Source of the DNA: Felis catus
Lineage: Eukaryota
Length of the DNA: 64,000 nucleotides
Assembly (NCBI RefSeq): GCF_018350175.1
Contig: NC_058368.1
Location: 110,114,001 to 110,178,000, forward strand
Direction of reading: 5' to 3'
In this document: positions 13,706 to 26,511 of the stretch, one piece after another
Layout: each line of letters opens with the position of its first letter
Position numbering within the stretch: position 1 is the first letter of the stretch
Notes under the pieces: generated by a model
Told to the model about the DNA's origin: nothing
Database searches by the model: none
Seen by the model: only the letters and a program-made list of their open reading frames with translations
Position numbers and translations under genes: made by a program

Positions 13706-15199
13706 AGATAATCTTCTCAGCTGGGGATGTGGAATTCATGCCAGGAAGGTACACAGTCTGAGCCACTCCATCAGCGGGACACCTCCAAACATCAGCACGA
13801 CTGGCCTACAGGATCTTTGCTGCTCATGCACCAAGAGCATGCGGCTCAAAGGGCCATTTAACACCTTCTCTAAGGGCTGGATGTTTACGGAGTTATAGGA
13901 GGAAGCCCTCCTTGGGTCTCTGAACATCACAGGGCCAAACCCACTCCTCATCATGCATTGACCCTTGGCCAGCGGCCCCACCTCTCCATCGGGAGGGATG
14001 CCTCTCAGCTGTAGCACCTTCCTACCCCTGTCCCCAGCCCCAGCCTTTTTTTTCTGGAGATTGTTGAGGTCACCACTGGGCAGATGTGATTTCCTCTCAG
14101 GGACCCCAGAGGAGAGCCTAAGCTGAGGCAATCATGTGCTTCTTAAAAGCACAGTTTTGACTAGCTCTGAAAGACGTGACCTGATTTTCTAGGTCCCGTC
14201 ACTTAACAGAAATATCTGGTTACCCATTTCTGGGAGTTGATGCAGCTTGTCACATGCACTGCTCACAGATAGTAAACCGAGGTTTGACAAACTGGCTTCA
14301 AAACAAACCATGACTCCAAAGTCAGAAATGCCTGGAACAAAGGGGAGGGAAGACCTTCAACCTTCAGCGGGCTCTCAGTTCTGGCCAAGGAGTCTGTATC
14401 TAACCCACCACTGGGGGCTACATACTATGCAATGTTTCCTGCCAAGGCCTTTGGAGGTGGTTATTTCTAACCACAGGTGAACACTGTACCAAAGCATACT
14501 TTCCCCAAACTTAAAAACATGCCTCTCATGAGAATATAAAGTGAGCACAAGTTGATCATGTATGAAGGGACCACAGGAGTGAGAAGCTGGTTCAGGGGAG
14601 AAATGGAAGGGGTATATGAATGGGGGCTGAGCGGGCCAGGTGAGGCACACAGCTGGTGAATGACATACAGGACAAGAAGACACAATTCTGGGGCCATTTT
14701 TTCCACCAAGAAGAAACAGTCCACCTTTGTACTGGGCACAAATCTATGAGTTAGCAGCTAACTGCAGAGTAAGGGCCTCGAGACAGTAGTACCTAGTGAG
14801 ATAAACAGAGTTGCAGCCTCTCATCCAGATCATAAACAGCGCTTGGGTGAGCCTGTTAAATGCTGCTGCAGGATGACCTGGGAGGATGTGTCACCTGCCT
14901 TTTGCCTTATTTCCAAATTTTCGGGATTTCCCCCAGTACCACGGAGTACCTACAGCTATAGATGTCATTTGAAAAGGCCGTCATGGAGTTTCACCTTTCC
15001 CCCCTACACTGGGCATCTCCTGTCCTTGGAGTCCCCAGCCTCAGAGAGACCCCAGAAGGGAGGACACAGAGCCCCCAACCACTGAGCTCAGCTTTGCTGT
15101 CACAGCCGAGAACTCCCATGTGGGAAGGGCTCCTGGTGGTGCAGAGCAAGAGTGAGCTGGGGCAGGGGTGCGTCACCAGACTCAGGGTTAAGCCTCAGC

Positions 15200-15605
15200 A
15201 TTGACACAGCCCTGAATTCCTACCCTTGTCAGCCATGTGACCCCTGCCAAGTTCCCAACCCACTTTTCCCTCTGATTTTTTTTAACAAGTTTTATTTATT
15301 TTTATTTTTGAGAGACAGAGACAAAGCATGAGCGGGAGAGGAACAGAGAGACAGGGAGACACAGAATCCGAAGCAGGCTCCAGGCTCTGAGCTGTCAGCA
15401 CAGAGCCCGATGTGGGGCTCGAACTCATGACCCAGGAGATCATGAGCTGAGCTGAAGTTGAACGCTTAAACCGACTGAGCCACCCAGGAGCCCCACCTAC
15501 TTTAAAAAAGAAGACAACGATGGTTTGATGCTTACAGGATTGTTTTGAGGACTAATTGAGATAATTCATAGAGAGAACTTGGCACATCATAAGTGTTCAA
15601 TTCAA
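15200..15605 (+). mobile_element. MIR interrupted by a Can-SINE
   Basis: ccatgtgacccctgccaagtt before the SINE; ggattgttttgaggactaattgagataat...ggcacatcataagtgttcaa after it. Confidence 0.65.
15276..15494 (-). mobile_element. Can-SINE
   Basis: gagacacagaatccgaagcaggctccaggctctgagctgtcagcacagagccc...gagccacccaggagcccc. Confidence 0.95.
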
Positions 15606-18037
15606 ACACTCAGTGACAGAGTGAACAGTACCGAAAGCTATGAAGCCATTTGGCTTTACTGACGCAAGTGGACACAAGTGTGGGCTAGTGACGGTCTTCA
15701 GGAGGCCTGCCTTAATGAAAAGGAGAGCATAATTACACTGAGAAATAAGCTGTACTGACTGGCTCTAAAAGGCAGACTCGAAACAGCACGCTTCAGCATG
15801 TCTCAAGGACATGCTTCCCTTTGCAATTTCGCCCTGGGGATTCGCTCGCACCATGTAAACTCTGCCCAGCCTCCAAGGTGAGGGAGCCTGAAATCACACA
15901 TTCTGAGGGCAGAGAACTGAATGGCTGCCCCAACCTCTGTGGGCTCCACTCAATATCTCAGGGCCTCTGCCCTGCCAGGAGAGCCTGGAGCTCAGCTTCA
16001 AAGACAGCCTGTGGCCTGGGGCCCGCTTACCACGCTCAGGTCCTGGTGTGTTTCCTTTCCTTCTGGGAGCCCTTCATGCCGTGATGCCACCTTGATCTCT
16101 ACTTTGTGTGACAATGGTGAACTGGCTTGACTCACGATTTTTAGAGCTTTCTCCCTGAGGCCTCCCATAGGCATACTCCATCTAAGACGGGCTCCCGGGC
16201 TGCTGGCCAGCACACAGTACTTTGCACAGCACAGGTGGGGACCTCCTGCTTCTCTGGATCTTCAGACAGAACAGCGGGTCCTGGGGCAGGGCCCTCAGCA
16301 GCTGGACTTCACAGTCATTTGATGCTCTTGGGCCAGGGATGGCGGTGTCTCTCTGGTTTCAGGGCAAGAGCCAGGTTCTCCTTCTTATGTTTAGAGTGCA
16401 GTAACGGGCCTGACACAGAGTGGCTGTGGGAAGTGCCAGGGGAAAGACTGAATTTGATTAAGCTTGCCGGCCAGAGATCCAAGTCCTCAGAAATCAGTGG
16501 TTTTAAAGAAGCAGACACAGTGAGTAGCAGAAAGAGTGGGCACCGTGGAAAGCACAGGGCGGGCAAGTCTCCTTCCTGTGTGAGCCTCAGTTTCCTCAAC
16601 AGGATCATGAGGGGCTTCTACAGAGATCCCGTGAGACAGGAAAAACAACCTCATGCCAGTGAATTTAGGAATATAAAAGCCCGTGTCCTACCTCGCTTGT
16701 CTTTGGCTATAATAAAACCATCTCTTCTTTGCCTTCGTGTCTCCGTTTGCCCTTATCAAGCTATCTCAACGGGCTTGTGAAGGGTTATTTCACAGACCTT
16801 CTTAAAAAGAAAAGCTGCATGAAAATGGGAACCACAATGGAATTTTTGCCCTTGGGAGAGTTTCTTTTGCAAAATGGTTTTGTTTTAGAGCACTTCCTCC
16901 AAATGTATTCCTGTCCCCAAGTTCCCGTTCTTTGCCTAAAGCCTCTTCAGTTTGCATCTGTCTTATTCTCTGCCACCAGACCTCTCATTTTTCCTCCTGG
17001 TTCCAAGCTCTCCTGTCACTTTCTCTGGCTCCTCGGGGCTCCCTGAATCTTCGAGCCGAGGGGGCCAGATGTTGCCGCTCTCGATGGGTCTCTACTCTCC
17101 CGCTGACAACTCATTATGTGGGTTCTTTCCTGCTTCTCTGCCAACTAATGATTCAAGGCCATGACACCGTGGGCTGCTTCCAATTATTTCAAGGCTTATT
17201 GCGGAGACTCTCAGCATGAGGCACCGTGGTGCTCCCCAACATTTATACTCCAGACTTACGAGCATGGAGGGGAGGCTACTTTCTTCTAGGGCCCTTTACC
17301 TGCTGTACAAGAGCTGCCCCCATGTCAACATCTTGCCTTGGTAGATCACTTATCACAAATGTGTGTCACAACTAGACAGAACAGCATGATCATCTCCTTG
17401 ATTATTCTGTTGTTTTTTAAAAAATGGAGCTCAATTAGAAAATCTACTATTCATGTAGAAAAAAAATCAGTACTTTCTAATCAGAAGGGTGTCAATTTCT
17501 CAAAGATCTGCCCTTCTCTCTCAATGGGATCAGCAGCCATATAATAAAAACAAAGCTTAGTGACAGTATCAAATAGATAATATCATTTCTTCTCTTGTCA
17601 GCTCCCACCCTCTGACTTTCCTGAGCCAATCAGCTGTTGAGGCCTCGGACAGGTGGGTGCAAGGGCTCATGGGAGGCTGGCTGCTTTCCCGGCTCCATGG
17701 GTAGTCTGTGTGCTCTACCCCTGAGACCAAGGGAGCCCTACAACCTGTCTACTCCCACATGGAGAACCCTAAAGTCTGCCACCCACTCCCAACCAGGCAC
17801 TATTTATGAGACCACTATTGCCTTAAGGTCCTTCAGCATGTGAACCTGCGCCCCAGTGAGAAGGCAGTGGGAAATAACCATTTACAGGAGGGGTCTGGTC
17901 TCCAAAAAGGGAAGAATGACCAGAACTAGACCTGCGAGAGGAGGAGGATGACAACTCGATAGAGACAATATAGTACGAGAACTCTAGGAGACTTCAGCAC
18001 AGTGCAGAGAGGGGTTTTAAAGAGAGCTATGATTTTT

Positions 18038-18235
18038 TTAAAGTTATTTATTTATTTTGACAGAGCATGTATGAGCAGTGGAGGGCAGAGAAACAGGGAA
18101 AGAGAGAATCCCAAGCAGGCTCCACACTGTCAGCACAGAGACCAACGTGAGGCTCGAACTCACGAACCATGAGATCATGACCTGAGCTGAAATCAAGAGT
18201 TGGACGCTTAACTGACTGAACCACCCAGGTGCCCC
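18038..18235 (-). mobile_element. Can-SINE
   Basis: Full body. TSD aaga(g/c)agctatgattttt on both sides (about 18020-18037 and 18236-18253). Confidence 0.95.
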
Positions 18236-18369
18236 AAGACAGCTATGATTTTTGAGCCAAAAAAAAAAAATCAGAGGAATGTAAGGGCAGAATGGTCACT
18301 ATTGGGACTCAGATTAGTGGACTCCATGGTCAAGGATGTATCTCAAAGTCCAGTGCAAAAATAAAAATA

Positions 18370-18575
18370 GGGCGCCTGGGTGGCGCAGATTACATGTCAG
18401 ACTCCTGATTTCGGCTCAGGTCATGATTTCATGGTTCCTGGGTTCGAGCCCTGCACTGAATTCCCGACTAGTAGTGCAAAGCCTGATTGGGATTCTCTGC
18501 CTCTCTCTCTGTCTCTTTCCTGCTTGAGCTTGCTCTCACTCTCTCAAAATAAATAAATAAACATTAAAAAGAAAT
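18370..18575 (+). mobile_element. Can-SINE
   Basis: gggcgcctgggtggcgcag...ctctcaaaataaataaataaacattaaaaa. Confidence 0.93.
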
Positions 18576-18589
18576 AAAAGTCCTAAACG

Positions 18590-19800
18590 ATAGTAGTCAT
18601 TCTAAATAAAAACTCTAAGGAAAAAGGAATAGAGGAAAACTCCTTAAATATGGCATCTTACATGGCCAACCACTGTTTCAGTTAAAAGCAGGAGCCAGAC
18701 AGGGATACCTGTCTTCAGCATTTGTATTCAAAAAGGAAGTATAATAAGATAAGAAAATGAAATAATCAGTAAAAATTTGGAAAAGGCAGTTGACAACTAT
18801 ATCTTTTTGGTGACTGTATCTGTATACTTAGAAGACAAAGAGACTCCTGTGACAATATTAAAATTGCAAGAGAATTAGGATGAGGTAATTGAACAGATGA
18901 TAAATATGCCAAAATCAATCATTCTTCTCTTCATTAGCAATAAATAATTAGAAATGGAAAAGGGAAAAATAGTCCACTCATAATAATGGTAAAAACCATA
19001 AAATATTTATGAATAAATTTAACAAGAAAGCCATAAGACCAATATGAAATGACCATAAAATCTTATTGAAGGTCATAAAATAAGATTTGAACAAATGCAA
19101 AGGCATTTATTATTCTTAGGTGGAAAGACATTATCATAAATTTACAAATTTAATGCAATCCTTTTAGAATTGGATAAAATGATCTTAAGAAGTTCATTTG
19201 GAAGAATAAGTGCCCCCAGATAACCAAGAAAAATAAAAAACAAAAGAAAGAGAGAGAAAGGATTGTTGCCTTAACCACCATCAGAACTTGAAACCAGAAC
19301 GTCACCACTGCTATGATCAAATCGATGATACTGACCAAGGGAGAGACAAAGCAATGACTGTAGATGTGGCAATGAAACAGAAGAGAGGATCCGGGGCACC
19401 TGGGTGGCTCAGTCAGGTAAGCGTCTGGTTCTGGGTTTCAGCTCAGGGCATGATCTCACGGTTCGTGGGTTCAAGCTCTGTGTCGGGCTCTGCACGGACA
19501 GTGCGGAGCCTACTTGGGATCCTGTCTCCCTCTCTTTCTGCCCCTCTCCCTCCCTCTCTCTCTCAAGATAAATAAACTTAAAGAAAAATGAAGAGAAAAT
19601 CCAGAAATAAATCCCAGTGTATATATATGAATATTTGGTGTATGACAGGAGCGACCACTGCACTGGGAACATGAGGGTCATTTATGTGATAGATGATGCT
19701 GAGGTATGTACCTCTTCACCTGGAATAAAGTCACACTGGGACCCTATTTCACACCACATAACCATCAAATTCAAATAGCTAAATGTTTAAATTATTTATA
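18590..19800 (+). mobile_element. Ancient L1 ORF2 remnant, interrupted by a SINE
   Basis: A-rich, with L1 ORF2-like motifs (ataaatttaacaagaaag, aatttaatgcaatcc, aagttcatttggaagaataa, ccagaaataaatcc). No intact ORF. Confidence 0.75.
19393..19589 (+). mobile_element. Can-SINE
   Basis: ggggcacctgggtggctcagtc head. TSD-like gaagag(agg/aaa)atcc on both sides. Confidence 0.93.
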
Positions 19801-19859
19801 TTAACTAATGACTAGCTATGAAAGAACATTTACACACTTTGTGGACAGCATCGGGATTA

Positions 19860-21800
19860 CAATAGAGTGAACAATTATGTACTCATCGACCCATTTCAAG
19901 GAAAGGAACTGTTTTTTGAGTTTTGAATTTCTTGGCATTGCTCTCATTTCTACTCAGAGGTAAACGTTACCCTCAATTTTGTGTTTACTATTGCTTTGCT
20001 CCTGCTTTGTCATTTGACCTCACTCTTTCCAATACATTGCTTGTTCTACATGTTTCTGAATTTTATATAAATGAGTCATTACCCGAGACATAATCGTTCT
20101 GCTCCTACACTGTGGGGCTTCACCTCCATCTCTGCATAAGGCTGCAATTCATGTATTTTCCCTTACAGTGCCTGATGTATACACATACCATTAACCACTG
20201 GGATAGTCTAGTTAGGTTCTTTATTGCCTTTCCCTACGTCCCTCTTTCACTCTTTGGTCTCTTTATTTCACCTGTCATTTTCTTCCTTCTACTCACACCA
20301 AAACTAAATACCCTTCGTATCACGAACCTTCAGAACATATGAACGGCAAACACTCCTTTCCTGACCTGAATACATGACAAGAGCACCTTACATCTATCTT
20401 TATTTCTCATCATTCCCTTTTCTGCTTCAACTTTTCATAGTTATGTGTGTCTAAAATATCCCTATTATCCTCATTTGGAAGAATTATTCATGCTGGGTAA
20501 TTAATTCTATGTTTACTGATTTTTTTCTCTTGATTCAATTGCATTGAATCTTCCTCTCCTCTTAGGCTTTCACTGTTGTTAAGATGTCAGCTGACAGTCT
20601 TTTCAGTCCTGTGTAGGTAATTTCAGGATCCCTTTGGCTTTCTGCGGCTTCTCTGTGACGTAAGCATGCATGTTTCTCTGTGTTTATTCTGTTGGTAATT
20701 CATTGGATTTCCTGGAAGTAAGGATTCTTGTCTTTCATCAGTTTGTGATAACTCACAGGCATCTACCTTTAAAGATGATCTCTGCTCCCTTGCTCCTCTC
20801 CTTTTTCTTTTCTTTGGGTATTCTGATTAGATCTGGGCTGTAAATTCTCTTTCTGTCTCAATCTCTCCTCTCTTGTTCACACTTCCCATGTGGAGTTCTC
20901 CGGTGCTGCACTGGAGGAATTTTTCCAAATTCACCTTCTGGCTCCTGAATTTCCTCTTCAGCTTTTTCTAATCTGCTCTTACACTTTCCCACCAAGTCAG
21001 TAAATTGAATTTTTATTTTGAGAGATTCTATTTAGTCCTGCACAGGGTGATTGGTCATTTGTTTAACCTCTTGATTTTTTAACCTTGTTTTCAATCTTTT
21101 AAAGATATTAACCAGACATATTTTGTATTCTGTGTCCTTTTGTTCTTGAGGCTGATTCCTCATGGTGCTTTAGCCCATGGTGTTAAACATTTTTTTTAAA
21201 TGAGCTCCCATTTCCTGAAGGTTTATCTGTGAAAGTTTTTGAGGCACAGTTTGAAGACAGGCTCATCCTGATTGTGCCAGGTACCCAAGGATTCCATCAT
21301 TCTGGGTTAAAGTAAATTTATGCTTGAGATCTTTCAGGTGCTTTTCATCTGCACTATAATTCCATGTGGAGATCAGCACGTGACTGTGCATTATCAGGCA
21401 CTTTCTCCGGCTCTATCCCCTTGCTGCTTTCTAATCTCGTGCCGAGATTTGAGACAAGCACATATTCTTGTAGTTTCTTGGACAGGGTGGGTTTCTTTCT
21501 CATTTACCCTTCCACTGTAGATGTAACTCTTTGGTTTCCCACATGTATATTTTCCAAACATGTCCCCCTTGGAAGTCTCCTGGGATGTGTCCTTGGTACC
21601 CTGAATTCTGCGAGGTGTGCAAATGAAAGCTAAAACTCACCCATATGGGCAAAAGCCCTCAAGGCAAAGCCAGCTGCATGGCTACTTTACCTCTCTGGGT
21701 TCCTGATTTCACTTGGTTTTTCAGCCTCTGAGTTATTTTTATTTTCTCATCAGCACAACAATGCTTCAAAGGATTTACCAAATATTTATCTGCCATATTG
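19860..21800 (-). mobile_element. Highly degraded antisense L1 fragments
   Basis: T-rich, with motifs such as tttctgaattttatataaatgagtcat and aagatgtcagctgacagtc that are typical of old L1M elements in reverse. Confidence 0.55.
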
Positions 21801-22231
21801 CCAGAGGCAAAAGTCAGATTATAATTTTTTAAAATAGAATGCAACAATTAAACACTGTGACAAATACAAAGATATTATATTCAACACACCACCATTCAGC
21901 ACTTTGGAGAGCAGATGAGAACAGGTTCTATGGCAGAAAAGGCTCAGGAAAGGCTGGGGTCACTGACACATAGCCTATTTTAATTTTCCTGAGTCTACCT
22001 GCCTGTTTAAAGCAGATTTAAACTCTTCCATCAGGAGGAACTTGAACAATAAAGAAAAGCCCATTACAAGGTACTGTGGAGAATAAAAGGACACAGGTAT
22101 CACCAATAACCTGTACCCCTATCTTCTACAGTGAAATCCTGACTAGGAGTCTCTCAGTACTTACCATAACATACAGATGTGCCTGGTGACAAATACAATG
22201 TCAGTGACTGATCCCTTTTGGACCACTTCTG

Positions 22232-22445
22232 GTTTTTTTTTAATGTTTATTTATTTTTAAGGACGAGAGAGAGCGCGAGTGCGAGAGAGGCAGAGAGAGG
22301 GAGATATGGAGACACAGAATCCAAGACAGTCTCCAGGCTCTGAGTGGTCAGCACAGAGCCCGAAGCGGGGCTCAAACTCACGAAGTGAGATCATGACCTG
22401 AGCTGAAGTTGGACACTTAACCGACTGAGGCCACCCAGGTGCCCC
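22232..22445 (-). mobile_element. Can-SINE
   Basis: Perfect 14-nt TSD ttggaccacttctg at 22218-22231 and 22446-22459. Confidence 0.96.
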
Positions 22446-23089
22446 TTGGACCACTTCTGATAAAAGAAATAGCAAAGACTGAGCTGAGTTTGAAATATCT
22501 TCTAAGTAATCAAGGCTTTGCTTCAGACAGTCCCAGCACAATGTGGGTCTCTGGCCTAAAATGCCATTTGATCTCTAGTTTATATTGACCAGAAGAAGCT
22601 TGTCTTTGACTGGTCCTAGTCTCCTGAGGCAGCAGCATCAGAAAGTGGGGCTTTACTCTCGCTGATGTGTTTCTACCTAAAGCTTGGGAAGAAATCACTC
22701 TGTAATAAGTAGTAGCTCAATGTTATTTATAAGTGGCAGAATCACAAAGAATTAAAAATCAAAATATCCTTCTAAGTAGGTCATATTAACCAAGACGAAA
22801 TTATTTTTCATTCATGACATAAAGTACACTTACCATCTCAACTCTAAACATGCCGGAATGACTTTTCATTTTTTATTCCAAGGAGAGTAAATTCTAAAGA
22901 TAGTTTAGTTTCAGAAATTCACAGTTCAGAGGAAGGCAGCAGAATACAGTGGTGACCAAGTCAGGCCCTCGCAAGGAAAGGGAACAAAAAGATGTGGCCT
23001 AGTGGGTTCTGACAGGCATCTCATCTGGGTTGTGGCAAGATGGGTCTAGGGCCCACACAGGAAGGTGGCTGAGTGAGGCAGCAACCTGA

Positions 23090-24560
23090 TGGGAGTCAGG
23101 AGATAAGTTTATGTATAGGCAGATCTAGCAATAAATAAATACACTGGGGATAGTGGGAGCCAGATTCCCTGCTGAAGAAGAGAGTTCCAAAAACAGAAAG
23201 AGGGGAAGCTAGGATAAGGTCTATGGATGGACTGGCACTCAAGGTACTTATGTGATGGGTCATGGCTTTTGGGACACAGGTGTATATGTATATACAGTAC
23301 ATACATTTCCTATGTCTCTTCTCTGAGAGTTTCTGGGAGCAGCAAAACCCCAGTGGTAAAGAGCACATTTAATTCTCATGTCTTGGTTTCTAAATGCAAT
23401 TTACCACTAAAGGGAACCAAGGCTCTTTGAAGAAATGGTTTGTGCCAGGGAATGGGCAGGGAAAATATAAAAAGAGTGCAAATATCTTTTTGAGCCAGAA
23501 ACTAAAGAAGGCACTTAAAAAATCATGAGACATATCAAAAAGACACAGAAGCCAGTTTGAAGAAGCTCTCACTGGCCAAGCCTATAACACTCTGACCAAA
23601 AAATAATGATGGTAACAGATAATATGCTATTGAATAAACAGAATTTACAAACTTACATTGATTTTTAAAAAGCAAGTGAATGGGGAAAAAGAAAATTCTT
23701 TCTTATAGAATTTCAATTAATAAATGCAGAAGAAATGATGGAATTAGAAAATTTCAGGCAAACAAAATCAGTAAATGCTAAAACTCATGGGTGAAAGGGG
23801 ATTAACAAGATATTTACAATTTCAAAATATCTCATTACAAAGCATTTAGTAGTTTTAAAGGAAAATAGAGCAACTCTACAATGGAGAAAGCTGGAAAATT
23901 TCACCTCATTCAAATGATCAGTTCACATCAGCTGTCATGGGACAAGCTGCCATCAGTTTCTATTTAATGGGATACAGGGGAAGAAAGCCTGTCATCAGTT
24001 ATATTTTTGCCTCAAATTTATAACCTCAATGTAGTCATGAGGAAACATCAGACAAAGCCAAATTGATGGACATTATTAAATGACTGGCCTAAAATCTTTA
24101 AACATTTTTTAAATGTTTATTTATTTTTGAGACAGACACACAGAGCATGAGTGGGGGAGGGGCAGAGAGAGAAGGAGACACAGAATCCAAAGCAGACTCC
24201 AGGCTCTGAGCTGTCAGCACAGAGCCTGACGTGGGGCTTGAACCCATAAACCATGAGATCATGTCCTGAGCCGAAATCAGACACTTAACTGACTGAGCCA
24301 CCCACATGCCCCTGGTCTATAATCTTTAAAAACATTAAGGATATGAAGAATAGGGAAGGAATGAAGCAAGCAGCCTGAGGACAGATAACAACTAAGTGTC
24401 ATGGGTGATCTGGTTTCAATTCCCTTACTAAAAAAAAAACATGATTAGGACAGGTGGCAAAATGTGAATGCACTCTTTGGGTGAATATAGGAGAATTTTT
24501 GCACTGTCCTGAAATTTTCCAGTAATATGGGAAATATTGGGGAAAAATAGGGCATATGAA
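23090..24560 (+). mobile_element. Old L1 (L1MC-like) 3' UTR region, interrupted by a SINE
   Basis: Motifs ttaccactaaagggaaccaaggctc, gacacagaagccagtttgaag and atgaggaaacatcagacaaagccaaattga resemble L1MC 3' ends. Confidence 0.7.
24103..24312 (-). mobile_element. Can-SINE
   Basis: Full body. TSD tgg(c/t)cta(a/t)aatctttaaa on both sides. Confidence 0.95.
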
Positions 24561-24569
24561 ATTTCATAG

Positions 24570-26210
24570 AATTCTACTTCTGTCTAGGATACAGACATTT
24601 GCAGAAGATTGTTGTTCCCATTATAACAATAAAAAAACACCCAATAAACTAAAATTCATACCTTTTTTTTTAAGTCATGGGGCAATAAACAAGGAATATA
24701 TGTTTAAGTGAACTAAACTCAAGAAGAACACGTCTTTTATAAAAACTGAAATTCACAATATCTGAAATAAAGGATTTATTAAATAGACTTTATTAAGAAT
24801 AAGTTGAATGGACACAGTGGAAAATGGATGAATAAATTAAGATAAGTCAATAATAGAAAAGCCTGGATTGAAACACAGACAAAAACTATTCAACAGATCA
24901 TTAGAGAACTGTGGAAATAGGACTAACATACATGTTAATTGGAGTTTTACAAGGAGAAGAGAGAATAAGGTGGAAGGAATATTTGAAAAGATACTGATTA
25001 AAGTTCTACAAAACTTAAATATATCAGGCCAACATCCAAGAAGGTAAGTGAACCCCAAGTAAAATAAACACAAAGGAAACCACAAAGGCAAATCATCCAA
25101 CTACTAAAAATCAAAGATAACAAGAAAATGTAACAAACAGCCAGAGGAAAAAAGATCTATTACCTTCAAGAAAATGACAATAACAATGATGTTTCACTTC
25201 TCATCAGAAATAATGGAACTCAAAAGACAATGAACTAAGCTTGCAGTTCAAGAAGAAAGAAGAAAGAATACCAAAAAGAAGTAAAAGGAGGAAAATAAAT
25301 GTAAGAAAAAAAAAAACCCCACAATAGTAAACCTTCCCACCAGTAGTATATGAATATTCTGGCCCCCCCACATCCTTGTCAACACTTGCTATAATCAGTC
25401 TTAAATTTTAGCCATTTGAATAGATTGCAATCTATTACAATAGATTGTAATAGTATATGGTTGTGTTTTTAACTGGCATTTCCCAGTGACTAATAAGGTT
25501 GAACACCTTTTAATGTGTCTATTTGCCTTCGAGACAGAGAGACAGAGCATGAACATGGAAGGTGCAAAGAGACAGGGAGACAGAGAATCCAAAGCAGGCT
25601 CCAGGCTCCGAGCTGTCAGCACAGAGCCCGATGCGGGGCTCGAACTCACAAACTATGAGATCATGACCTGAGCCGAAGTCGGACACTCAAGTGACTGAGC
25701 CACCCAGGTGCCCCTAAAACTTTCCTAGAAGCTTTATTCTTAATACTCCTCAAATGAAAACAAACTTTGTGTGCATCAACAGGAATGACTATGTACACTG
25801 TGATATAGTCATCCAATGAAATACTACTCAGCAATAAAAAGGAAGAAACTAATTTACCAACGATGTGGAGAAGACTCTGAAATATTACGTTGAGTGAAAG
25901 AAGCCAGAGCCACAAGATCCCTTCTGCATAGTTCCACTTACGTGAAGTCCAGGAACATGAGAACTAATTTACCTATGGTGGTTGGAATTGGAACAGTGAT
26001 GACCTCTGTATCGAAGGGTTGGCTGGAAAGGGATCTGAGATTACTTGGCAGGAAGATAGAAAGTTTCATGTCTTGAGTTGAGTGATGGTGTATACATTTG
26101 TCAAATAATTGTGTATGATTTGACAAATATGCAAATGTGTATACATTTGTATATCATTCACAAAGATATAGGCATCTCATTGCATGTATATTATACCTCA
26201 ATTTAAAAAA
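24570..26210 (+). mobile_element. Old L1: ORF1-like part, an inverted internal piece (about 25325-25528) and a 3' end
   Basis: ORF1-like catacatgttaattggagtt and cacttctcatcagaaataatggaa; 3' end aatactactcagcaataaaaaggaa...tgtatattatacctcaattt followed by an A tail. Confidence 0.72.
25529..25714 (-). mobile_element. Can-SINE lacking its A-rich tail
   Basis: Body gagacagagcatgaac...gagccacccaggtgcccc is intact. No T-rich tail and no TSD seen. Confidence 0.92.
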
Positions 26211-26217
26211 AAATCCA

Positions 26218-26424
26218 GGGGCGCCTGGGTGGCGCAGTCGGTTAAGCGTCCGACTTCAGCCAGGTCACGATCTCGCGGTCCGGGAATTCGAGCCCCGCGT
26301 CAGGCTCTGGGCTGATGGCTCAGAGCCTGGAGCCTGTTTCCGATTCTGTGTCTCCCTTTCTCTCTGCCCCTCCCCCGTTCATGCTCTGTCTCTCTCTGTC
26401 CCCCCCCCCCAAAAAAAAAAGTTG
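26218..26424 (+). mobile_element. Young Can-SINE (SINEC_Fc-like subfamily)
   Basis: CpG-rich ggggcgcctgggtggcgcagtcggttaagcgtccgacttcagccaggtcacgatctcgcggtcc. Perfect 13-nt TSD aaaaaaaaatcca at 26205-26217 and 26425-26437. Confidence 0.97.
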
Positions 26425-26511
26425 AAAAAAAAATCCATATTCAGATTGTACTTTTATTCTAGGACAACAATTGAGATTAAATTATCACAAGTAGAGATTT
26501 AAGAAATCTTT

